Of a stretch of 64,000 nucleotides of DNA, positions 10,560 to 20,230 are shown piece by piece. The first letter of the stretch is position 1; each line of letters starts with the position of its first letter. The notes beneath the pieces are model-generated. The model ran no database searches. It worked only from the letters and a program-made list of their open reading frames with translations, and was not told the origin of the DNA. Location: positions 32,001 to 96,000 of IMG/VR virus record IMGVR_UViG_3300021197_001787; one strand, written 5' to 3'. A program made the position numbers and the translations under genes. This DNA is from a virus.

Positions 10560-11588
10560 TTAAGTGCTTCTCACGCTGCGGCTTCCAATAAATTTGTAAC
10601 CTGCGTGATCTAAGTAATCAAATTCGACTGGCATTTTTTGAGCACGAGATTGATAAATTGGGTTATCAACTAAAAAGCCAATAAAGCTAAGTACCAAAGA
10701 CGCCATCATTGCGCCTAAAGAAGCCTGCCCAGTAGCTGCTGGGTTACCCAATAAAATTGTGTATGTGCTAGGTAACGTTACGATTACACCGGCCAAACCC
10801 TTGACCAACATACTTAAATTTAAAACAGCAGAATAAACGTCATCTAGGAGTGCGCTTGATTCTTTGAGATAGTCGCGAATGTTGTACGCTTTTACGATAG
10901 GTTGTAGATCTAAAATAGTCTCCGGCATATCCCAAGGGTTCCAAGTTACACGATCTCCGTTAACATTACCACATATAATGTCAACTCCGCCGGCCACCGG
11001 GAGTTTGCCACCTTTAGAGGTTTTTTCTACTGGTTTCCAGTTTTGGCCCGGGCCAGTACATATTTTTATACCTGAACGGCCGATGATTCTTGTTTGATCT
11101 GATTTAATAGCAACTGTAGAAACACCCTTTGGATTGCCTACAATGCCTTCTGATAAGCCAAAGTTTAGGTCAACATCGGTTGTCTCACATATATAAATTC
11201 TTGCAGCGTCACCTTGAAAGTTATTGTCGACATAAGTGCCAGGACGTACACCATCACCATCATTTGCGGACGCTAGACGGCCCACTACTAAATCAATACG
11301 GCTTGAGCCAATACTCTTGTCCTGAAGCCCAACCAAGCCTCTAGCACCATATCCAGACCCTCTAGAATCCGGACGGTCAAGACCCAGCGTAATGGAGGCG
11401 CCACCGGGATTGGCAAAAATTGTTTCGTTTGAGGCATATTTATAAATGACTTTTGGAGATCCTTTTGGATCAGAATTCAAAATTCCTGCTTCTGCGAGGC
11501 CTTCATTAATTAATTTTTCTAATTCTTTGCGGGGCTTACCATTTCTTTTTGTGTAAGAACTGCTACCTTTCGGATTTGCTTTTTTCAT
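10560..11588 (-). CDS. Putative baseplate hub/spike-associated protein
   Basis: 342 aa, Gly-rich beta-type repeats (SRIDLVVGR, AARIYI, STVAIKSDQTRIIGRSGIKI) then a hydrophobic helix; follows the OB-fold/M23 gene. Confidence 0.4.
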   Translation of the reverse strand: MKKANPKGSSSYTKRNGKPRKELEKLINEGLAEAGILNSDPKGSPKVIYKYASNETIFANPGGASITLGLDRPDSRGSGYGARGLVGLQDKSIGSSRIDLVVGRLASANDGDGVRPGTYVDNNFQGDAARIYICETTDVDLNFGLSEGIVGNPKGVSTVAIKSDQTRIIGRSGIKICTGPGQNWKPVEKTSKGGKLPVAGGVDIICGNVNGDRVTWNPWDMPETILDLQPIVKAYNIRDYLKESSALLDDVYSAVLNLSMLVKGLAGVIVTLPSTYTILLGNPAATGQASLGAMMASLVLSFIGFLVDNPIYQSRAQKMPVEFDYLDHAGYKFIGSRSVRST

Positions 11589-11600
11589 TAAATTTCCTTT

Positions 11601-12710
11601 TTATGTGGTTTGCTGTTGACCTGCTGGGCTGGCGCCTGCAGCAATGTTTTTTTCAATATACTGCACTGGATCTACTTTCTTGCCATTTTGCGTAACTGTT
11701 AAGTGAAGATGAACGCCGGTGCTAGAGCCTGTAGTACCCATACGGCCAATTAATTGACCTGCAGTTACCTGATTGCCGGGTTGAACTTCAGGTTTAACAA
11801 GGTGAGCATAAATTGATTTGTCGCCATTCGCATGTTTTATTTCAACAAAATTACCATAGCCGGCACCACACTTCATGTCACCAGCAACACAGCCGGTCTT
11901 TGTACGAGTGATTGTGCCTGCGGCAATAGCGTATATCGGGGCGCCGCGGGGGCCACTATAGTCAGTGCCACCGTGAAATTGATCACCTTTTTTCTTACCA
12001 TGCGGATCAGTTCTATAACCAAAATTACTAGTAATATTATTGGAGCGGGTTGCATATCCAACTTTGTCTAAAGCTTGAGTAATCTCTACAGCAGTTAACT
12101 CGCCTAAAGTAGCACCGAAATCTAAGCCGGCGTCGGCCAGACATTTGTTGTTTAACAAAGTCTTTTCATTAAAATATTGATCTGGCTTAGTGATAACAGA
12201 AATAAATTTTCCAACCTCAAGATTATAACCAAATTGATTCTGCTCAAGTTCTACTAAAACTACACTGCCTTTTGTTGGCAAATCTTTTTTTGTTGAGCCG
12301 AAATCATCTGTCGACATGAAAAGTGTGTGCATAGAAATTAATTTAAAAACAGAGTCTGCCGGCAAATCAGCAGAAATCTCATCTGTACAAGGATCTGGCA
12401 AAAATGAATGGGGCGAATTTGCTCCAATAATTCTAGCTCTGAAAGCAATAATCCCAATTTTATTTAGTGCTCCATCTTTGCCACTTTGTTCATCTTCCGA
12501 CTTCGAACTGGGTGTGTCAGGCTTTGGGACACCGGTAAATAAACCTGCTTGCGCGGTATTGTAAGGGACAGGGGCACTTAATACAATTGCCGGGAATTGA
12601 TTCTTACCAGCATATGCATCGTATTGAAAAATGCTACGCATCGCTTGAGACCATATCTCATCTGCTGACGTTAATAAATCATCAAAGTCAAAAAGGTCTC
12701 GTAAACTCAC
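11601..12710 (-). CDS. M23 family peptidase with gp5-like N-terminal OB-fold region (virion-associated peptidoglycan hydrolase)
   Basis: M23 zinc motifs HGGTD (HxxxD), YAHL and GSSTGVHLHL (HxH); N-terminal LPTKGSVVLVEL resembles the gp5 OB-fold signature. Confidence 0.85.
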   Translation of the reverse strand: MSLRDLFDFDDLLTSADEIWSQAMRSIFQYDAYAGKNQFPAIVLSAPVPYNTAQAGLFTGVPKPDTPSSKSEDEQSGKDGALNKIGIIAFRARIIGANSPHSFLPDPCTDEISADLPADSVFKLISMHTLFMSTDDFGSTKKDLPTKGSVVLVELEQNQFGYNLEVGKFISVITKPDQYFNEKTLLNNKCLADAGLDFGATLGELTAVEITQALDKVGYATRSNNITSNFGYRTDPHGKKKGDQFHGGTDYSGPRGAPIYAIAAGTITRTKTGCVAGDMKCGAGYGNFVEIKHANGDKSIYAHLVKPEVQPGNQVTAGQLIGRMGTTGSSTGVHLHLTVTQNGKKVDPVQYIEKNIAAGASPAGQQQTT

Positions 12711-13018
12711 GCTGTATCCTCTTGAATCATATCAAATAAGCTTGCCTTGTCTTCTTCGCTTAGGCCTATATCTTGCGAAGTTTGCTTTTGTTTAATTGAG
12801 ATTATTTTTACTAATTGCTCATTTGAGCGCTGCATAGTCTCTACATGCTTTGCTGCGACTGGGGAAAGAGAACGATTGTTATCGGAATCCCGGGCAATTT
12901 CGTTTGCAAGTTCATTTAAAAATTCTCTGGCAAGTTTCCGATCATTACGGATATTATCCAGAGCCTCATCAACTAAATTATTTAAATCTCTTTCGCTCAC
13001 AGCGCGCCACTCTCCCAA
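12707..13018 (-). CDS. Hypothetical coiled-coil protein
   Basis: 103-aa helical ORF with overlapping junctions to both neighbours. Confidence 0.7.
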   Translation of the reverse strand: MGEWRAVSERDLNNLVDEALDNIRNDRKLAREFLNELANEIARDSDNNRSLSPVAAKHVETMQRSNEQLVKIISIKQKQTSQDIGLSEEDKASLFDMIQEDTA

Positions 13019-13755
13019 TCTTTTTTAAAGCCTCTATACAAAACACGAAATTTGTTAAGTGAACTAACAACCTGTTTGGTATTAAGACCGGTGATTTCTC
13101 GCAGATATAAATAAATAGCTTTTTTATTAAAAATTTCAATTTCATCTTTTGATTCAAAAAGAATTATTATTGCTTGATGAACTTTTTGGTCGTTAGCTCT
13201 CATCTTTGAGACATCCCAAGTTTTTAATTGATTGTAGAAAGAGTCCCAAAATTCTTTTTCTAATTTATCAGTTAGCCATGATTGCTGTGTTGAGAGATAT
13301 TCTTCTTCGTAGTTCTTTGGTACTGCGTCATAATCAACCTCTCTTTTTTGTCGCTTTTGTTGTTTCTTAACTTTATGAATAAACCAATTCTTGGTAATAA
13401 CACTAAAGTATGAGAAAGCTTTATAGCCTTTATCAGGATCGTACTTATCTAGAATGGTCATGAGCCACACTTTACACTCATCTCTTAAGTAATCAATGTT
13501 TGGTAATGTTGTAAATTTATATGTGAAAACAATTTTATCAACCATTTCATCAAATGCTGGCTCTAAATACTGAATGTATAATTCAGTCCTTATGCGAACA
13601 CAATTTGTTTTGCAGTATTTCACAACCGCATCTTCGTGCTCTTTGGTAAAGTAATATTTTTTTGGCTTTGCGGCCTTCTTCTTTGTTTTCTTATTCGTCT
13701 GCTTGTTCGTCGTCTGTGTTTTCAAAATCTGGTTCCTCTGTTTCTTTTTCTTCAC
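12997..13755 (-). CDS. Phage late-transcription sigma factor (T4 gp55-like); start codon uncertain
   Basis: KYDPDKGYKAFSYFSVITKNWF resembles the gp55/sigma70 region-2 motif (FDPEK..NPFAYFTQI); basic N-terminus followed by YYFT; the only upstream start found is GTG at 13755. Confidence 0.7.
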   Translation of the reverse strand: MKKKKQRNQILKTQTTNKQTNKKTKKKAAKPKKYYFTKEHEDAVVKYCKTNCVRIRTELYIQYLEPAFDEMVDKIVFTYKFTTLPNIDYLRDECKVWLMTILDKYDPDKGYKAFSYFSVITKNWFIHKVKKQQKRQKREVDYDAVPKNYEEEYLSTQQSWLTDKLEKEFWDSFYNQLKTWDVSKMRANDQKVHQAIIILFESKDEIEIFNKKAIYLYLREITGLNTKQVVSSLNKFRVLYRGFKKDWESGAL

Positions 13756-14044
13756 TGGTTAGCGAATAAATCACTTCAAACGTCTCAAGCTGCTCGTTAA
13801 AAGAGACAGCATGGTCCATCAGACTTTGTAAAGTCTGATCTCCATAAAACATTTCTAAATTATAAACTTCACTAATATGTTTGGAAAAATTATTTACCAT
13901 ATCTTGTAAATCTCCCAGCTCATCAGATACAAACAACAATCGTGATAAAACGTTGCGTACATATGTGAATAGGCCAATGTTTCCTATTATTGATAAAGTT
14001 AATATCAATGTTAATATAATTTCAAGACGGGTCATAATTTTCAC
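13691..14044 (-). CDS. Hypothetical membrane-anchored coiled-coil protein
   Basis: N-terminal hydrophobic helix LEIILTLILTLSIIGNIGLF; acidic tail. Confidence 0.7.
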   Translation of the reverse strand: MKIMTRLEIILTLILTLSIIGNIGLFTYVRNVLSRLLFVSDELGDLQDMVNNFSKHISEVYNLEMFYGDQTLQSLMDHAVSFNEQLETFEVIYSLTSEEKETEEPDFENTDDEQADE

Positions 14045-14282
14045 TCTTTGAAGATTCTTTTAAATCTTCTAATATTTCTTTGTTAGCTTCAATATATTCT
14101 TTTGTAATATTGCCAACAGATTCTTTTTGTTTCTTTTTGCTACTAATTTTAAAAGGTTTAGTCAAAAGCTTTGATATTTCATATGATTCACAAGAAGTGC
14201 AAGTTTCTTGTTTTTCACTAAAAGGGTGAATAACCATAAATTCATGCATACAAGTGTGGCACATATAGCGATATCTGGGCAT
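14022..14282 (-). CDS. FmdB-family zinc-ribbon protein
   Basis: MPRYRYMCHTC...CTSCES: two CxxC pairs with the MP.Y.Y.C..C start typical of the family. Confidence 0.8.
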   Translation of the reverse strand: MPRYRYMCHTCMHEFMVIHPFSEKQETCTSCESYEISKLLTKPFKISSKKKQKESVGNITKEYIEANKEILEDLKESSKSENYDPS

Positions 14283-14500
14283 TACTTAACCATTTTTAAT
14301 AGGTCATCTTCAGTGATTGCGGAATCGTTAGACATTCTAACTGTAGGCGGGTTTGATACGATAAGCCCGTCTTCTCCGTCAATCAACTCAAAGCCTTTAA
14401 GAATTGGTACAATGTCCAATTCATTTAGTAATGACTCTTGAAGAGCCATCATCACGGCTCCGAGGGCCTGATTTGATAGTTTGTGTGTAGGTGTGTTCAT
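14282..14500 (-). CDS. Hypothetical protein
   Basis: 72-aa ORF filling the gap between coupled genes. Confidence 0.7.
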   Translation of the reverse strand: MNTPTHKLSNQALGAVMMALQESLLNELDIVPILKGFELIDGEDGLIVSNPPTVRMSNDSAITEDDLLKMVK

Positions 14501-14501
14501 T

Positions 14502-15347
14502 TTAATTTTCCTCCGAAATTGCTCTACCTTTTAGTTGTTCCCAGTCTCTCTCTGGGCGTACTTCTAAATTCTTTTTCCATGCAGCCGACAAGACATCGGC
14601 TGACACCCCAAGTTGTGATGCAAAAAATATTAATGCATTTATGTCTTTAGGGAAACAGGAGCCGCCAAAGCCTGAACGTCCGTCCGGGCCTGGGGTTGTA
14701 AAGTGGGATTTACCAAGTCGTTCATCATACAATGCGTATTCAACCACTTTGTCATAATCAACGTCAGCTTGGTCACAAATTTGTTTAAACTCGTTTGCGA
14801 AACTTACCTTAGTGGCCAGGAAGCAATTAGTAAAATACTTAACTGATTCCGCGGTGTTAGAACCGGTTTTAATAATTGGTACATCTTGAAAAACTTTAAT
14901 AAACATGTTTTTAACGATAGTTGAAGCTGGCCGCGGCCCACCAATAATTATTCTATTTTGATTTTTAAAATCTTCGATATAATTAGCTTCTGTTAGGAAC
15001 TCAGGGTTGAACACAACTTGGATATTATTACATGTTTTATTAAACGCCCTAGTGGTGCCGGGGGGTACAGTAGATTTAATAACAACTATGTTTTCAAGTT
15101 TGTAAGAATTTATTTCATTGACTACAGATTCTAAAATTGTTAAGTCGCAGGATCCGTCTTTTTTCATAGGCGTGGGGAGGCAAACAAAAACAATTTTAGC
15201 ATATTCGCAAACTTGTAGCATGTTAACACAATTAGATTTTTTATCTAAAAATTTATCATAAGTATACACCTGAAAGTGTTCTTTTAAACCTTCAGATGTA
15301 GCAGTTCCTACAAAGCCTTGTCCAATGATTCCTATATTATTGTTCAT
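14502..15347 (-). CDS. UDP-glucose/GDP-mannose dehydrogenase family protein (short form lacking C-terminal domain)
   Basis: GQGFVG Rossmann motif, FVCLPTP, IKSTVPPGTT, NPEFL, KYFTNCFLATKVSFANE, GFGGSCFPKD catalytic Cys. Confidence 0.9.
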   Translation of the reverse strand: MNNNIGIIGQGFVGTATSEGLKEHFQVYTYDKFLDKKSNCVNMLQVCEYAKIVFVCLPTPMKKDGSCDLTILESVVNEINSYKLENIVVIKSTVPPGTTRAFNKTCNNIQVVFNPEFLTEANYIEDFKNQNRIIIGGPRPASTIVKNMFIKVFQDVPIIKTGSNTAESVKYFTNCFLATKVSFANEFKQICDQADVDYDKVVEYALYDERLGKSHFTTPGPDGRSGFGGSCFPKDINALIFFASQLGVSADVLSAAWKKNLEVRPERDWEQLKGRAISEEN

Positions 15348-16221
15348 CTTTTATCCTTTTGAAACAATCCTCAATTCCTTCAAAGATATCAACACTGGCA
15401 GTCCAGCCCATACCCTTAAGAGCGGCGATCTTGGCCTTTGTTTCTCTAACATCTCCGGGTCGTGGCTTTCTATATTCAAAGTTTACCTCGGGAAAGTGTT
15501 TATTAACCAATTCTTTAATCTGATTTAACGAAATGTTTGTTCCGGTACCGACCTCAAGCACATCGCCATGAAAGTCAGATTCACGCTCCATGCAAAACAT
15601 ATTTGCTCTAACTACATCTTCGACATTAACCATATCTCTACGCTGCTCACCATCGCCACTTATATGAGGTACAATGTTATTTCGTATAGCATGCATCCAA
15701 TTAGATATTGCTGTAGCATATGGGCCGTTAATTGTCTGGTCGTGCGAATAAACATTAAAATACCGCAAACTAACCGTGTCTAAGCCGTATAGCTTAGAGT
15801 ACAATGAGGTTTCTATCTCAGTTGTGTACTTTTGCAGCGCGTAAGGGCTCTCAGGGCCGGCTCCATTACCCATAACGGATGAAGAGCTGGAGTAGATAAC
15901 GCGCTTAACAGAACCCACTTTACGGGCGAAATTAAGTAATACTGTACCGGCAAGTATATTATTACGGCTAGTCTCTACTGGATTTTCAACACTATATCCA
16001 ACACGAGGCCAGCACGCCATGTGAAAAACGTATTCAGGTTTGAAACTATAATAATGCGGATGAAATTTGCCGTCAGTACCTTCAGCTAACATTGAAATAA
16101 TATCTTTGCGAGGGTCTTCTTCCAAATCAATACCCAGAACAGTGTGGCCAGCATCCTGCAAAGCCTTACAAAGTCTTGAACCGATATAACCTTTGTGCCC
16201 TGTTACTAAACATCTAGCCAT
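15337..16221 (-). CDS. NAD-dependent epimerase/dehydratase (extended SDR)
   Basis: VTGHKGYIG, SSSS, YALQK (YxxxK), LRYFNVY, RPGDV; start moved to 16221 because of the GGAGG RBS. Confidence 0.9.
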   Translation of the reverse strand: MARCLVTGHKGYIGSRLCKALQDAGHTVLGIDLEEDPRKDIISMLAEGTDGKFHPHYYSFKPEYVFHMACWPRVGYSVENPVETSRNNILAGTVLLNFARKVGSVKRVIYSSSSSVMGNGAGPESPYALQKYTTEIETSLYSKLYGLDTVSLRYFNVYSHDQTINGPYATAISNWMHAIRNNIVPHISGDGEQRRDMVNVEDVVRANMFCMERESDFHGDVLEVGTGTNISLNQIKELVNKHFPEVNFEYRKPRPGDVRETKAKIAALKGMGWTASVDIFEGIEDCFKRIKDEQ

Positions 16222-16432
16222 TTCGGGCCTCCAAAGGCTCAATATTGTGATCCATAAATGATTTCACATCTGAAGATTTAAAACGGTATACATCATATAT
16301 CGTGTTTTCATATGAACCATCATGATAATTTATTTCTCTCTTGTTCATAATAACGCCGCTTCCGGCATCTTTTACAATAGCATCAGCGTATAATTCGTAC
16401 CACTTCACCAAGTCACCCACCTTTGCCGACAT
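16214..16432 (-). CDS. Small KOW/SH3-like hypothetical protein
   Basis: KVGDLVKW...SGVIM motif shared with about 10 other small ORFs in the window. Confidence 0.65.
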   Translation of the reverse strand: MSAKVGDLVKWYELYADAIVKDAGSGVIMNKREINYHDGSYENTIYDVYRFKSSDVKSFMDHNIEPLEARNG

Positions 16433-17405
16433 TAAAGAGTCTCCTCAAGTCTTCATCATACATCATTTGAGCCAATTCTTTAAATTTAACTTTAGGTTCC
16501 CACTTGAGCTTTTTCTTTGCTTTGGCAGCATCACCCAAAAGTAGTGGTACTTCGTGTGGTCTAAAAAGCCTCTTATCTGTCTCAAGATATTTCTTAACAC
16601 TCAAACCTGCATATTCAAATACTTCATGGAGAAATTCTTCTACTGTATGAGTTTCACCCGTAGCTATGACATAATCATCTGGGTTGTCCTGCTGTAACAT
16701 CATCCACATGGCTTCGACATAATCACCTGCGAATCCCCAATCCCTTTTAGCGTGAAGATTACCTAACTGAATCTTATCTTGAAGACCCATTTTAATTTTG
16801 GCCGCGGCCATTGTAATCTTTCTTGTTACAAATGTTTCGCCTCTTCTTGGAGACTCATGATTAAACAAAATTCCGCAAGATGCATGCAGCCCATAACTTT
16901 GTCTGTAATTTCTAACTAAGTTGTGTGCAAACACCTTAGAGCAAGCATATGGTGAGGCTGGCATTAGTACTGATTCTTCGTTAAATGGAACGTTTGGGTT
17001 GTCCCCATACATTTCGGAGGAAGATGCCTGATACAATTTTGTTTCTGGGCAAATATTTCTAATCGCTTCTAATAATTTTAGCGTGCCCATTCCTACTGCC
17101 TCAGCTGTCTCTTGAGGTGTGTCAAAAGATACACGTACATGCGATTGAGCCGCAAGATTATAAATTTCATCTGGTTGGTAATCTGATAATATTCGGTGTA
17201 GCTGGCCGGAATCGTTCATGTTTCCGTAAACCAAGGAAAAATCTACAATCTTGTCAACATCACTGAAGATATGGTCAATACGGTCAGTGGCCAAAATTGA
17301 GGTTCTTCTCTTAACACCTATAACATGGTAACCTTTACTAAATAATAAATCTGCCAAATAAGAGCCGTCTTGGCCAGTAATTCCTGTAATCAAAGCTTTC
17401 TTCAT
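16413..17405 (-). CDS. gmd: GDP-mannose 4,6-dehydratase
   Basis: [70 protein letters not shown]. Confidence 0.97.
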   Translation of the reverse strand: MKKALITGITGQDGSYLADLLFSKGYHVIGVKRRTSILATDRIDHIFSDVDKIVDFSLVYGNMNDSGQLHRILSDYQPDEIYNLAAQSHVRVSFDTPQETAEAVGMGTLKLLEAIRNICPETKLYQASSSEMYGDNPNVPFNEESVLMPASPYACSKVFAHNLVRNYRQSYGLHASCGILFNHESPRRGETFVTRKITMAAAKIKMGLQDKIQLGNLHAKRDWGFAGDYVEAMWMMLQQDNPDDYVIATGETHTVEEFLHEVFEYAGLSVKKYLETDKRLFRPHEVPLLLGDAAKAKKKLKWEPKVKFKELAQMMYDEDLRRLFNVGKGG

Positions 17406-18340
17406 TTGATACCTCTAATATTTGGGTAGTTTTGTTCATACCATTCACAAGTCATTTTTAATCCTTCTTCAAAAGTTGTGTACTCGTCTTTTTTCCAACC
17501 AAGATTCAAAAGTTTACTATTTGAACTTGGCTTCCTAAATTGACCACTTGGTCTTGTCTCATCCCATTTAACAGGGCCGGTATACTTTAAATTTTGACAG
17601 ACTAAATCAACAACAGATGTGATACTTCTCTCTTCAGTAGTACCAATGTTTACCGGATGTTCTTCATTATAATTTTCTAACAAAAAAAGTAATATTCTAG
17701 AAATATCAGAAGCAAATGTGAATTCTCTTAAATTCTGCCCATCGCCCCAAAATATTGGAGCTTTATTGGTCAATTTGGCATTATGAACTTTCCTAATGAT
17801 TGCTGGTATAACATGACCATCTTCTAGGTGGAAATTATCATGAAGACCATATAAATTATTTGGTACAGCACATATAAAATTACAACCATATTGTTGCCTT
17901 AAAGCTCTAGAATAAACATCGACCATTCTTTTAGCATAGGCATAGCCAAAATTGCTGCTATGTGGGCGGCCATCATGAAACTGGTCGGGGGTTAGAGGGT
18001 ATTTTGCAGAATCTGGGTATACACATGTTGACAAAAGCGATACTACTTTTTTGATTCCATGCTTTCTTGAGGCGTCTAGAACATTCGTATTAATCAATAT
18101 ATTGTCTTTAAAAAAATCAGCAATATATTCAGAATTGCTATGTACACCGCCGACTCTAGCCGCTAGGTGTATAATAGCGTCAGGGTCATGGTCCCTAATC
18201 ATAAAATCTGTCTCAGCAGCATTACATAAATCATAATCATTGGAACCAACAAAGGTAAAATCGTAATCGTCATTTACATTTTGAAATGATTTTCCGACCA
18301 TGCCTGTGCCTCCAGTAACTAAAATTTTGTTCATTACCAT
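17402..18340 (-). CDS. fcl: GDP-L-fucose synthase (GDP-4-keto-6-deoxymannose epimerase/reductase)
   Basis: [57 protein letters not shown]; adjacent to gmd. Confidence 0.93.
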   Translation of the reverse strand: MVMNKILVTGGTGMVGKSFQNVNDDYDFTFVGSNDYDLCNAAETDFMIRDHDPDAIIHLAARVGGVHSNSEYIADFFKDNILINTNVLDASRKHGIKKVVSLLSTCVYPDSAKYPLTPDQFHDGRPHSSNFGYAYAKRMVDVYSRALRQQYGCNFICAVPNNLYGLHDNFHLEDGHVIPAIIRKVHNAKLTNKAPIFWGDGQNLREFTFASDISRILLFLLENYNEEHPVNIGTTEERSITSVVDLVCQNLKYTGPVKWDETRPSGQFRKPSSNSKLLNLGWKKDEYTTFEEGLKMTCEWYEQNYPNIRGIK

Positions 18341-18627
18341 ATTTTAACTCTTCCCATCAGAACATCGCGGAACATCAACCAATCAGAGATTTTTGCTTTG
18401 ATTGGGGCCGAGAATGCTGCTGGCTCATTCTTTTCGAAAAAATAATGCCCAGACCATGCAAAAGGGTAAACTACAAATGGAGCTGCTAACAAGAACAGCC
18501 AAGCTTGATTGTAAACAACGATTGCTATATATGTTATTGTAACACATTGCCCTAAAAAGTGTAGTGCTCTGCATCTTTTATTTTGATGCAGTGTCAGATA
18601 ATATTCATAATATTCTTTTAAATCCAT
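18334..18627 (-). CDS. DUF962/Mpo1-like small membrane protein
   Basis: YLTLHQNKRCRALHFLG...FAWSGHYFFEKNEPA His-containing motifs. Confidence 0.75.
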   Translation of the reverse strand: MDLKEYYEYYLTLHQNKRCRALHFLGQCVTITYIAIVVYNQAWLFLLAAPFVVYPFAWSGHYFFEKNEPAAFSAPIKAKISDWLMFRDVLMGRVKIW

Positions 18628-19445
18628 TTAAACCATCCCTCTAGATTAATATCACTTAAATTTTTATTGGAGGGTCCTTTCCATGGGCGCCATGGCCCAT
18701 AAACACCTACTTTATCAGCGTTACCAAGGACGGCTGCCCACCAAGCTAATGTGCCATGTTGAAAGAGAACATTATTAAAACCCCTAATAAAGCTAAAATC
18801 TTCCGCAACTGAGTTTTTACTGTGAATAGGTGAAAATTGTGATAAGCCTTCAACAAGGGAATTAAAATAATCTACTGATTGCTGAGGAGATACTCTCTGA
18901 TCTTCTGGAACACTGACATGGAACTTCATATCTTGTAACTGCTCAACTGTAATATTATCCCACTCAGGCATGTCTGTCACAATATACAACTTGTCAAAAT
19001 CAAATCTGCTGATAGCATCAATATAATTTTGCGCTCGGGGTTTGCTATCATATTCATTAGCATAGAATAGCCTGTCGCCGGCGCGAAGGTGCAGAATGAG
19101 ATCATCTGTATTATGTTTCTGTACCTCTGGGTACCATGATTTTATTAAATCTATGTTGTTTTTGAAGAATTTATAATTTTCAAAGTAGCCCGTTATCAAA
19201 AGGTCGCTATTTTTGTATTGTGTGTTAAAATAATGCGTAAAATTTGTCTCGTTAACATTTTCACACTCGGGCAACTCAACCGTTTTTAGTTCAATACCTA
19301 TTTTTTTAAATTCTTCAATTCCGTAATAGGTAGGGGTCGGTGGTAAAGCCACAAGTTCTTGTTCATGAAAAGTTGCAAGAAGACGGGCAGCATTATATTG
19401 AAATAAATTATTACCAAAGCCGTTAGTTAACTGAACAAAAATCAT
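18618..19445 (-). CDS. Alpha-1,2-fucosyltransferase-like glycosyltransferase (GT11)
   Basis: GFGNNLFQY N-terminal motif, LHLRAGD (HxRxGD), GTLAWWAA. Confidence 0.82.
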   Translation of the reverse strand: MIFVQLTNGFGNNLFQYNAARLLATFHEQELVALPPTPTYYGIEEFKKIGIELKTVELPECENVNETNFTHYFNTQYKNSDLLITGYFENYKFFKNNIDLIKSWYPEVQKHNTDDLILHLRAGDRLFYANEYDSKPRAQNYIDAISRFDFDKLYIVTDMPEWDNITVEQLQDMKFHVSVPEDQRVSPQQSVDYFNSLVEGLSQFSPIHSKNSVAEDFSFIRGFNNVLFQHGTLAWWAAVLGNADKVGVYGPWRPWKGPSNKNLSDINLEGWFKWI

Positions 19446-20230
19446 GTTTTTTGCTCCACTAGATTACCATCGGCATCTATTAGTTTTGCATCTGCTTGCC
19501 TAAACGGAAATTCAGTCACAGGCTGTGTTTTGTCGTATTGATAAAACGGCAGGCATATACTCTGCGCAAAGTAAACCTTCATGTTACTTTGATACAAATA
19601 TTTTTCTAATGCGATTTCGGGACACTCAAAGTTGTTATCTGTTCGTGATTCATCGGCATGTTCTTGATAGACAAAGGAACAATATTTATCAAATGTTTCT
19701 GGTTCAGAGAAGGAAAAGAACCATGGGTCTTTGTGACCGCTAGGATAGATAGTCGTATATATTTCGTTAGGTTGAACATCAAACGCAGACAAATTCACTA
19801 ATTTTAAAAACATAGAGTTATCAGGGCGGCATCTTACTATGACATCATAGTTAAATTCGTTAGCTGTCGCATAATCTTTAGCCATAAGGTAGCCATTACG
19901 AATATTCTGCATTTGATTATTCATTCTTTTCTTGAAGTAACCCAAAGTGCCAAAATTATTATCATTTAATTCTTCGCCCTCGTCTACAATAACACCTTTT
20001 AAAAAATCTCCATATATTTCTTTTACTTGAGATTCGATTTCTTCTTTTGTACTTGTTGTAGTTACTTTGTAATTTTGAGTAATATTATTGCCAGTCGTAT
20101 GCAGAGTATTTTTGCTACATGCATAAACAAATACATCTGCATTATTAGGCTCAATTATATGTTTTAAATGATTAATACAATTAATTTTATAATCTCGTAA
20201 TTGTCCAGTTATTAAGACCGCGATTTTCAT
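19442..20230 (-). CDS. Hypothetical protein, putative glycosyltransferase-like
   Basis: KIAVLITGQLR...YDVIVRCRPD pattern; embedded in glycan cluster. Confidence 0.5.
   Translation of the reverse strand: MKIAVLITGQLRDYKINCINHLKHIIEPNNADVFVYACSKNTLHTTGNNITQNYKVTTTSTKEEIESQVKEIYGDFLKGVIVDEGEELNDNNFGTLGYFKKRMNNQMQNIRNGYLMAKDYATANEFNYDVIVRCRPDNSMFLKLVNLSAFDVQPNEIYTTIYPSGHKDPWFFSFSEPETFDKYCSFVYQEHADESRTDNNFECPEIALEKYLYQSNMKVYFAQSICLPFYQYDKTQPVTEFPFRQADAKLIDADGNLVEQKT

Noticed and set aside
12707-13018. Small terminase (gp16-like) assignment
   Set aside because: Only size and coiled-coil character fit; no recognisable motif and no large terminase nearby.
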